Origin: Candidatus Thorarchaeota archaeon | Lineage (GTDB): Archaea; Asgardarchaeota; Thorarchaeia; Thorarchaeales; Thorarchaeaceae | DNA: 46,424 nucleotides | Direction of reading: 5' to 3' | Assembly (NCBI GenBank): GCA_016933575.1 | Contig: JAFGAR010000160.1 | Location: 1-46,424 of the forward strand | Part shown: in pieces, positions 39,901-46,424 of the stretch | Layout of the letters: every line of letters starts with the position of its first letter | Numbering within the stretch: the first letter of the stretch is position 1 | Translations under genes and position numbers: made by a program | The notes under the pieces: generated by a model | Told to the model about the DNA's origin: nothing | The model's database searches: none | The model's input: the letters and a program-made list of their open reading frames with translations, nothing else

Positions 39901-42900
39901 CGCAGACCTCCAAGCTGAGGAAAATGTCTATGCATGGATTACCGAGGATTGGGTTGTGATTCAGTATGACAACTATCGACACCTCTCAGGAGATCTCATG
40001 GGTACTTTCCAAGTAGTTCTCCACAGGTCGGGCATCATCCAGTTCAATTACCTGGAGATCTATCAACCTGTTGAGTGGGATATCCCGACGGTTGGGCTGA
40101 ACTACGGAGATGGCGTCTATGGACCAGTTTTCGGTGGTAGTGGTCTCACAGGAGTGACTAACTTTGGTCTCCTGTTCACATATGAGCTACCAGAGCATGA
40201 GATCATGGTACAGTTGAATGTTCCAGAATATGTCAATCCTGGTGAGGTCGTCGTGGTCGAGATTCTAGTTACCAACTATGGTCTGTCAGATGAGTCTGAT
40301 GTGACAGTCAATTTCTACATCGATGAAGAAGTGGTACTCACAGAGATGATTCCCTACATTGAGTCCTACTCGACCTGTGGCATCTATTTCACATGGGAAC
40401 CTCCGAGTGAATCAGTCTATCTTCTAGAGGTCTTTGTAGATCCTGTGGATGGAGAAACGAACATCGAGAATAACTATGATTCAGTTCTTGTTCAAGTGAC
40501 GGAGCTATTCGTTATCTTGGATCCGAGTGATATGGACATCATTGAGGGAGCGCATGTTCTTGTAACATACCTCCTGGCTAACCCGGACAACCTTCTTGGC
40601 ATTGACATCTTTGTGAATGGTGAGTTTATTTCGTATGTTCCTGACCAGGGTTTGAACCAAATCCTTGTTCCGGTATTCGGGAATGGATACAACGAAATCC
40701 AGCTCATAGCGTGGTGGGATGACAATATCACGGCTTGGGACTCTGTAATCGTGGAGTCTGTCAATATTGAACCCATTGCGATTCTCGAGCCTGGTGACTA
40801 CATCAACTATCTAATCTCCTATGAATGGGGTGGTTATATAGAATACAATTTCACCTTTGGAGAGTATGTATCTGAGTATGAGGTTGAGGTTCAGTACATA
40901 TACCGTTTCTATGACAATGAAGGCACTGACTATACAGAAGTCTACTACATGTATGTGAATGTACTCAACGGATATATCAGCTGGTCGGATGTTGGCTGGG
41001 ACTATCAGAACTTCTTCCCATTCACAGGACTGATCACCTCTGATGTGATCTCTCACGCATCGAGTGGAGATATGACCACATTCTACTATTGGAATGATTT
41101 GTATTTCATAGACCATTTGAGCGAGTGGAGAGGGCTGATGGTATGGACGGGATACGGAGTCTTAGGTGATTTCGAGTGCAGTGTCTTGGAATCGAATGGC
41201 CTACTCGTTGAGATGTACTTCGGTATGCCGACCCCCTATGCCTATGGTGAGGTTGTCGACACCAATCTGATTCCAGGCTTCAATCCTAATGTGCTTGAAA
41301 TCATCGAACCGACATCAGGTCAGTTGATAGAAGGAGGGTTAGTACTCGTTGACTACGAGGTCACGAATCCAGAAACTCTGTTGCTGATTGATGTTTGGGT
41401 GAATGACGCCTTCATCTATACCACAACATACACAGAAACGACATCACTCTATGTGCCTGTATTTGCTAATGGGTCGAATACCATTGCTCTTATCGCACTA
41501 TGGCAAGATGGCACTGCAGCAGTTGTGAATAGGACATTCATCTCTGAGGGAGTCGTGCCCCTCGCGGCACTGCAGCCAGGTGACTATCTCAATTTCAGAA
41601 TAGAGAGCTATGAATACATCAGTGACTTCAACTTCACCTTCGGGGAGATGATTACTGAGTTCGAAATCTATGCTACTTGTGACTTTCAATTCATTTCACC
41701 AGGAGGAGAGATCACGACAGCAGCATTCGAGTTGATCGTCAATACTCTCAATGGGTACATCTCCTACTCTGACTTTGGCTGGGAAACCTATCACTTCATG
41801 TTCTTCACAGGGATCTCCTCACCGAACATGATTCAATCATACGGTGAGATAGGCGATTCAGCCCCATTCTTCAGGTGGGAGCAGATTCTGACCATTGATG
41901 GACCCATAGCATGGGATGGCGAAGCAGCATGGATGCTATCCTCGGAGAGCGATGACATCTTTGCTCTAGCCTTGCAATCAAACGGGTTGCTGTACATGTT
42001 CGATTCGATGGATCCAACAACCTACGGATTCGGATTTATGACAGACACGAATCTGATTCCTCCATTTGATAATGTGCCTCCTGCTTGGGTCACGTTGCCA
42101 GAAGATCAGTATCTTGGACCTGGAGCATCTTTGTATTATGACCTAGATGCTATCGATCCAGCAGGTATTGATTCATGGTGGATTGATGATACGACCAATT
42201 TCGCAATCGATGCAGATGGTGTTGTCACGAATCTTTCGCCATTGGAAGATGGCATCTATCCGATCACTGTGTGGGTCAGTGACACCTTGGGAAACGTCCT
42301 CACAGGTAACTTCAATGTGATCGTAGAAACGACGATCGGTCCGATATTCATCGATGGCGATGATGACTTCATCGAGTATGGATTCCCAGGGTCTGGAACT
42401 CAGGAGGATCCATACATCATTGCTGGATATGTGATTGAATGCACTGATGTCTATATACCCTGTATTGAGATTCGCAATACACAAGCATTCTTCGTCGTTG
42501 AGGGGTGCATTCTGACAGCATTGTATGGTGTACCTGTGGTCTTGCTCACAAATGTCGAACATGGAATTCTTCAGAATAACATCATCACAGGTGGTGCTTT
42601 TGGTATTCTGATGGAGTTCTGTGTGTCTACCATGGTCATGGATAACACCATCTATGGCACAGATTTCGGTATCCTACTCTATGCAGCAGAATTCTGTCAG
42701 GTGATCGGCAATGATTGCTTTGAGAACATGGATGGGATCTTACTCTCTGAAAGCGCATTCTGTGAGATAATCGACAATCAGTGTGTGATGAACGAGAATT
42801 CAGGCATCGCATTGAACGGTACTACATACGAGTGCAATATCAGTGACAACTATTGCGAGGGCAATTTCGCTGGTATCTATGGCTCGTTCGCTAGTAACAT

Positions 42901-44665
42901 GACCCTTGTGAACAACACGTGTATAGAGAACGTAATGGGAATCCAATTGTATGCATCCTATGGCGCGTTCCTATTGATCAATAACATCCTCTACAATGAG
43001 TACTATGGACTGGTGCTAATGGAGTGCGCTGACAACATCATCATGGACAACATCATAGTTGGACATCAAGAGACAGGAATGTATATTCTCTGGTCAACAG
43101 TGATCTCTATCGAGTATAACACTCTCTTTGAGAATGGATATGGGATCATTCTGGATGCATCATCCTTGATCGACTTTAGCTGGAATACTATAGAAAATTC
43201 CGTCAACTATGGAATGATGATGTATCAAGCTGAGTACAATACTATCGAGTACAATAGCTTCTGCAACAATGGTCTAGGACTTCTATTGATGGAGTTCTCT
43301 GACAACAACTATGTCCAATGGAATGTCTTTGAGAATACCTTGGATAATGTTGTGGATGAATGCAGTGGGAATATCTTCGACTACAACTACTACTCGGATT
43401 ACACAGGTCCTGATGACAACAACGATGGAATCGGTGATATTCCATACGACATCTTAGGAGCAGCTGGAAATCAAGATCCTCACCCACTAATCTACTACCC
43501 CTGGTACCTTGAATGGGCCGAGACTCCTGGTGATATAATCATCGGATTTGGAGAGGCATTGTACTACAGTCTTCCCGTGATTGGGTATGGAGAGTTGTTC
43601 TTCTTCCTCAATGACCAGTCCAACTTCTTCATCGATGGCAATGGAACCTTACAAAATGCAACGAACTTGGAAATCGGTGAATACTATCTGTTTATCGCTG
43701 TCCAAAATCAATGGGGGTACTCCATCTCAGCCGAGATCTTTATCATTGTGTTGGATAACCTTCCTCCTGAATGGATCGAAACACCAGAAGACCAGACCAT
43801 CGAGTATGGAGATGCATTCTCCTATGATGTGAATGCCACGGATATTTCTGGTATCCAGAGCTATTGGGTGGGTGATGGTAACTTCAGCATCGATGCAAAT
43901 GGTGTCCTTACGAATGCTACCTTCCTGCCAGTCGGAAGCTACCACTTGGAAATCAGAGCATATGATGCGTACGACAACTATTGCAGTGCATTCATTGTGA
44001 TCAGTGTTGTTGATACGACTCCCCCAATCTGGATCATTGAACCAGTAGATCAGATTACAGAAGCGGGAGAGGATTTCAGCTATCATATTGAGGCTTGGGA
44101 CCTAAGTGGTGAAATCATCTATGCGATTTTACCTGTAGGTTTCTTTGATGTGGCTTCTGATGGGATGATAACGAACCTGCACACTCTCGAAGTAGGGGAG
44201 TATGAGATAGTCATAGAAGCTTCTGACATCTATGACAATACTTTGATTGCGGTAATCCTTCTGACTGTCATTGATACGACTTCTCCTGAGTGGCTGGAAT
44301 CTCCACAAGACAGGACTGTACTCCAAGGACAGACATTTGAGCTTGCAGTAGCTGTCACAGATGCATCATCTATTGCATGGTGGATAGTGAATGATACTGC
44401 GAACTTCGTGATCGATCCAATGGGTGATGTTACTCATGGAGTCGCACTCATCTTCAACAACACGGCTCTTGAGCCAGGAACCTACGGCTTAGAGATCACC
44501 GTCTGTGATGAATTTGGCAACAGTCAGAGCGCTGTGATCAGCATCACTGTGATCAAGGCGACAATGATCATTTCTCCTGCTGGAGGTGTCATCATAATCA
44601 TATCTGAAGCCGCATGTTTGATCATCATACTGATCATAATCGCGATCCGTGGAAGAAGAAGGTAG
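33983..44665 (+). CDS. Giant membrane-anchored gingipain-like cysteine peptidase (C25) / multidomain adhesin
   Basis: 10.7-kb ORF with signal peptide, C25 propeptide-like region, YVLLVGD, SDLYF..LDG, VGRIP, catalytic DHG (His 35561) and AC (Cys 35657), GDP; then repeats, TM and RGRRR. TTG 33983 preferred over 33944. Confidence 0.92.
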   Translation: MRKGERVFSLLVIVLVLFGPFVAVSTIPSYPTAADGQTTYSPPDWHSQTKGETNPETDTEKSEASVTNPPTKSTESKDGEINPLLDLFSGYESAVTKVAHPKTEFYQSSGEGLHLEYSVEGNRLIITGTIGSYNQVTYTIGSRNYQTVVIGNTELTHTYGEPILPYVKQIITLPLEANVVSYGVRNEVRYPISDLALMPGPKPLSVHQLDPSIGLPFCDPVHYASNQFMPSNVLDFDIVGIDGDLCLSLTLHPLQYNPAQMLGNLLLHFEVEIKFDDSVQLNDFLMPTSPEPLAFGDGEGYLIVADESYIPYITNFVDWKTYIGFNMHVTSIQDIMTTSPGRDAAEQLRNYLIESYNNDDIQYVLLVGDGDIVPAREVMDPAHAGQGLDNGTEPSDLYFECLDGDWDANGNGLYGEYGDDVDFFPELMVGRIPVQAPEEAQDVLDAIVILESSPEPGDWMNDVLLLGPNCFAYGDGCAMTEAELNQPYLIGSFFDVDRLYPTDGTLSDANVIARINQGVGIIDFFDHGAYNVWVSALTVPETLSLANGYRTPFAFAMACETAAFDYEAGEPTIAEAFFRNPNGGACAYIGATRIAWAGHHAFDGLHNRFWGYFFDSALNHYCASPKMALRDATIEMATTYDMNDDISRETVIHAIYFGDPSMQLYWKNEVEIYAPPCETNEYIEIGVNSTTFNGLPLFSNVGVVVSDPLGTILVDDLFMCDWGWFDVPFVTSENPGSYEVTATYTEPFEYTTERFFEVGLADIQVSLDSQPIFDTILDFSGYSSVDGIGTAYLLDAEGGVLSSTTFDVIDGVYADGIHINGFGHLSLYVRIVSPSGTGANTLHFDVMRGSVLIIPDESGDWGPWYPGGWVDDNAGDSTNYGDIYQALKDEFNVDIYRPRYEMTPDLALLHMYDAVIVSVGDHMSTPLIASDSYLLDVLMTYHNEGGNLFFEGCSILTPLESQFGGIFSSFFHVELDQRITNTGALYLENTPHAITSGIPSTIWLEDGLGSPFAEVLIPTSGAIHVSGYSGSYEGGTAIAALNPSVSEGGVVFFGFSVDAISDEATRDRIIQNAVNFLLYPSLDCQLSDYALRTGESEVIDIVVSDSRTGTPVEGALVIAEGCGVSTWNITDASGYASFQVSPSFQGYIFVNITKEDYLGYETYIICYDVPVIGLDIQPEYIERGSASVVSVYCYDYYEGYPLENCYLVLDGCGVFDEGLSDEFGYAEFTLHPETSGLISVSATLNGYIEAVDFVGVRIHAAVIRGYFTEAPDLACWDLINSNWADYGEMPILIDYTSLSIPLITLSDLEALNPDVLIMAYTYQPLDQFEIEAIIEFTRQGHGLVVTSSCVTYHPELLGSFLGLSPTIDWTYNSAIGIGFESLDQYDPDHPIFVGIPDPYSVGYHLSYLPESTHWDSSALAGGTYVALDSGPEDVAAIITYRGMVFCSNIPEYQSNRQDVQLMYNMIGWSNYEIPEHDLSVSMNVPRVVDPGTEVTVEVLVRNQGLNTEYDVACTLYLDGFEVASEVIPVLDNGSYYSLSYLWTPLSEGLYTFEAIVDPVMGEEVLTNNYVERVVNVFEVPLDGPVAIFQVWNPWGHPSNQEILDTWMVEYDIYDDLSMGMIDLSGYAKVIISSDQPDWFMDGVYANMGWFEDYAASGGILEVHAATNYYWVDGLLPGGAYYVPYVDDLISITDPSHPILTNPNIITDEELDYWSASVHGYVDSLPGGSQIILETDSGYPVLIEQAFGMGSIVISTQTLEWGFARDKSRILENVLLYTAVTPEHDIAVRLDVVDRVGPNEWTLITGTLINRGLNPESDIPFSLYVDGIEVNATMVILLNPSESISLSYWFMSDVEYTAEIVAFAEPVPEEENIANNYASAFLLVQEFHDYYMTEYSPEWLDAKTNGFNLYLYGDDISVGLGLPFSFPFYDDIFDVVYISSNGWLSFANTDPWQCFTPDWPTDDPAYRYSLAPFFADLQAEENVYAWITEDWVVIQYDNYRHLSGDLMGTFQVVLHRSGIIQFNYLEIYQPVEWDIPTVGLNYGDGVYGPVFGGSGLTGVTNFGLLFTYELPEHEIMVQLNVPEYVNPGEVVVVEILVTNYGLSDESDVTVNFYIDEEVVLTEMIPYIESYSTCGIYFTWEPPSESVYLLEVFVDPVDGETNIENNYDSVLVQVTELFVILDPSDMDIIEGAHVLVTYLLANPDNLLGIDIFVNGEFISYVPDQGLNQILVPVFGNGYNEIQLIAWWDDNITAWDSVIVESVNIEPIAILEPGDYINYLISYEWGGYIEYNFTFGEYVSEYEVEVQYIYRFYDNEGTDYTEVYYMYVNVLNGYISWSDVGWDYQNFFPFTGLITSDVISHASSGDMTTFYYWNDLYFIDHLSEWRGLMVWTGYGVLGDFECSVLESNGLLVEMYFGMPTPYAYGEVVDTNLIPGFNPNVLEIIEPTSGQLIEGGLVLVDYEVTNPETLLLIDVWVNDAFIYTTTYTETTSLYVPVFANGSNTIALIALWQDGTAAVVNRTFISEGVVPLAALQPGDYLNFRIESYEYISDFNFTFGEMITEFEIYATCDFQFISPGGEITTAAFELIVNTLNGYISYSDFGWETYHFMFFTGISSPNMIQSYGEIGDSAPFFRWEQILTIDGPIAWDGEAAWMLSSESDDIFALALQSNGLLYMFDSMDPTTYGFGFMTDTNLIPPFDNVPPAWVTLPEDQYLGPGASLYYDLDAIDPAGIDSWWIDDTTNFAIDADGVVTNLSPLEDGIYPITVWVSDTLGNVLTGNFNVIVETTIGPIFIDGDDDFIEYGFPGSGTQEDPYIIAGYVIECTDVYIPCIEIRNTQAFFVVEGCILTALYGVPVVLLTNVEHGILQNNIITGGAFGILMEFCVSTMVMDNTIYGTDFGILLYAAEFCQVIGNDCFENMDGILLSESAFCEIIDNQCVMNENSGIALNGTTYECNISDNYCEGNFAGIYGSFASNMTLVNNTCIENVMGIQLYASYGAFLLINNILYNEYYGLVLMECADNIIMDNIIVGHQETGMYILWSTVISIEYNTLFENGYGIILDASSLIDFSWNTIENSVNYGMMMYQAEYNTIEYNSFCNNGLGLLLMEFSDNNYVQWNVFENTLDNVVDECSGNIFDYNYYSDYTGPDDNNDGIGDIPYDILGAAGNQDPHPLIYYPWYLEWAETPGDIIIGFGEALYYSLPVIGYGELFFFLNDQSNFFIDGNGTLQNATNLEIGEYYLFIAVQNQWGYSISAEIFIIVLDNLPPEWIETPEDQTIEYGDAFSYDVNATDISGIQSYWVGDGNFSIDANGVLTNATFLPVGSYHLEIRAYDAYDNYCSAFIVISVVDTTPPIWIIEPVDQITEAGEDFSYHIEAWDLSGEIIYAILPVGFFDVASDGMITNLHTLEVGEYEIVIEASDIYDNTLIAVILLTVIDTTSPEWLESPQDRTVLQGQTFELAVAVTDASSIAWWIVNDTANFVIDPMGDVTHGVALIFNNTALEPGTYGLEITVCDEFGNSQSAVISITVIKATMIISPAGGVIIIISEAACLIIILIIIAIRGRRR

Positions 44666-44680
44666 ATAGAATCAGCATAC

Positions 44681-44722
44681 ATGCCTCTGGAGAACACAGC
44701 CAGAGGCATCGTTCCTTTTTTT
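44681..44722 (+). terminator. Hairpin + T-tract terminator of the giant gene
   Basis: ATGCCTCTGG (44681-44690) / CCAGAGGCAT (44700-44709) is a perfect 10-bp stem; T7 at 44716-44722. Confidence 0.75.
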
Positions 44723-44779
44723 GTATCGAATATACTCCTTTTCTAGGTCTTTATTTATCCTCTTATCTGACTTAGTTCT

Positions 44780-45286
44780 ATGAGGAAGAATCATCCAGTC
44801 CAGACGAGATTAGCTGATTTTAATGAATCTCCTCTTGAAAAGCCTGCTAGTGAGGGTCCTTGTCCTTCCTCCACCCCAGTGAAGCGGCATCCTGCCAAGC
44901 TATGGCGGAAGACAATCCGTACTGGTGAGGTCTGGGGTGTTTTTGACGTAGATGATACTGTCCTCTTTGTTCAGATAATCGATGGCAGGATACATGCTCA
45001 TGGTAGGGAGGCAATCTGTAAGTACTGTGGAAGTCCTCTTGACATTCGCGGCACCCAAGTCTTCTGCAGTGGTACATGTGGTTCATTCCAAGGCAATTTC
45101 TCGTATGATGTCAACCATTACCTTCACTGGAACGGTGCGAAATCCTTGACAGTACGAAAGGAGATTGCTAGTGAGGAAGGTCTTAAGCTTGAAGAGAGAG
45201 ACCTCGAATCCATTAACTACGCACCTCAATGGTCCTCGCTTTACGATTATGAGGAATTTGATGATGAAGAAAATGAAATGGAGTAG
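44780..45286 (+). CDS. Hypothetical protein with zinc ribbon
   Basis: CKYC...CSGTC motif; acidic C-terminal tail. Confidence 0.75.
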   Translation: MRKNHPVQTRLADFNESPLEKPASEGPCPSSTPVKRHPAKLWRKTIRTGEVWGVFDVDDTVLFVQIIDGRIHAHGREAICKYCGSPLDIRGTQVFCSGTCGSFQGNFSYDVNHYLHWNGAKSLTVRKEIASEEGLKLEERDLESINYAPQWSSLYDYEEFDDEENEME

Positions 45287-45302
45287 GCTCTCATAAGAGC
45301 GC

Positions 45303-45665
45303 CTACTGTCCAAAATGTGACTTCACGTCTGGCATAAGCAGGAAGAATATAACAAGTACACTGAGAATGACTCCTGGCCAGTTCTCTCCAATGGCATAGA
45401 GAACAGCTGCAGCTATATTGAAAATAAAAGCAATCGTCCAAGCTTGCGGGTCGAGCTTGATAAACCGGAAGTAGACCCAGATTCCGATGATTGCCATCAC
45501 TAGGCCAATTCCATTCTCCCAGTTACCCCAGAGATACAATCCATAGCCTGCTATTATCAATCCCGCAATGACCTCTGCGAGGATGAAATAGCTTGTTATC
45601 TTTACTTTCGGGGGAAGTTCTTTTGTTTGCGTTTCTGTTTCGCCCATGGTAACCACTTGGTCCAT
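45303..45665 (-). CDS. Small hypothetical membrane protein
   Basis: About 4 hydrophobic helices; C-terminal PDVKSHF. Confidence 0.75.
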   Translation of the reverse strand: MDQVVTMGETETQTKELPPKVKITSYFILAEVIAGLIIAGYGLYLWGNWENGIGLVMAIIGIWVYFRFIKLDPQAWTIAFIFNIAAAVLYAIGENWPGVILSVLVIFFLLMPDVKSHFGQ

Positions 45666-45703
45666 GGTATCAGATAGGCACCTAATTATTCTTTCTCCGA
45701 ATC

Positions 45704-46424
45704 CTAAGGTATTGGTTTACTCAGAAGAATGAATCTCCTATCATTATATTCATCTGGGATAAGCATAAGCGTCGAGGACCATTCCTTTGCGACAGAACCA
45801 AGGAAGAACGTCACGCGTCTTGATTCTTCTCTCTCAGCATCTTCTATTAGTCGCGACATTGTGTCAACGAAAGTGCTTCGCTCTCGTGTGAACACCGAAT
45901 AGGTCGACATGGATTCTCCATTTCTCTGGTAGAGTCTTTTGAAGTAGAGCGTCAGAGGCTCGCCTGTGTCATCTACTATTAGGAAGAAATCGCCCTTCTT
46001 TTGAATCCTGTTTAGCCCATCAAGATCCTTATTCTCAAACTCCCATGAGATCGGAAAGGTGGATGTTTCTATGAGATCCGGATATCTCATTATCAACTCA
46101 GATACTCTTCTCGCGTCAACCCTCAATGGAACGAATGCGGGGCTCGATTTTGGCCGCGGAGGGTATGGTGCTTCCAATCTGAAATATCCTACCTCATCTC
46201 TTATCGCGAAACCAAGTTTCCGAGCTAGGCCAATGGATGACTCATTTCTAGAGCTGGTGGCATACCTTACTTCTTCGATTTCCATCTCCTTAGCCATATC
46301 CAGCGTTTTTTGGACTACTATTGAACCGAATCCGTGATGATGATGTTTTGAGTGGGTTCTGAGTGCCTTTACCCATGCATAGTTCGCTTCAGGTTCGGTA
46401 TGAAGAGCCGCAAATGATACTAGC
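45704..46424 (-). CDS. GNAT family acetyltransferase (5' end outside window)
   Basis: Frame stays open upstream of 46297 to the window edge: AWVKALRTHSKHHHHGFGS (motif A), followed by N..SIGLARKLGF (motif B). Confidence 0.85.
   Translation of the reverse strand, partial: LVSFAALHTEPEANYAWVKALRTHSKHHHHGFGSIVVQKTLDMAKEMEIEEVRYATSSRNESSIGLARKLGFAIRDEVGYFRLEAPYPPRPKSSPAFVPLRVDARRVSELIMRYPDLIETSTFPISWEFENKDLDGLNRIQKKGDFFLIVDDTGEPLTLYFKRLYQRNGESMSTYSVFTRERSTFVDTMSRLIEDAEREESRRVTFFLGSVAKEWSSTLMLIPDEYNDRRFILLSKPIP

Noticed and set aside
33944-44709. Many short antisense or alternate-frame ORFs inside the giant gene, and similar ones inside other genes
   Set aside because: Shadow ORFs of well-supported genes, with no motifs.

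Overview
Archaeal chromosomal window of about 40 genes. Gene content suggests Asgard, Thorarchaeota-like (inference from DUF106/EMC3, geranylgeranyl reductase, a Phr-like regulator, KaiC-like ATPases and acidic beta-helix surface proteins; no marker gene is present). I found no rRNA, tRNA, CRISPR array or mobile element. Main points: (1) A kinase-less signalling cluster at 9.6-15.4 kb has three stand-alone receivers, three KaiC/RecA-fold proteins (intact, half-degenerate GvpD-like, degenerate) and a TPR protein ending in C-x10-C-x10-C-x10-C. It follows a 1.45-kb motif-rich non-coding region. (2) A translationally coupled operon at 20.3-23.2 kb encodes a corrinoid protein, an MtaA/UroD-fold protein (frameshift-split, lacking the Zn motif) and a soluble histidine kinase. 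This is a candidate cobalamin/methyl-sensing input and the only kinase near the receivers. (3) A 3,573-aa membrane-anchored gingipain-like (C25) protein carries CARDB, NIDO-like, beta-helix and cadherin-like modules; a related 1,021-aa surface protein is also present. The rest is transport and metabolic genes, including MFS, LarB, Pcp, CorA and PfkA. Several small ORFs, gene remnants and operator-like palindromes are missing from the ORF track. All family calls are by motif recognition, not database search.
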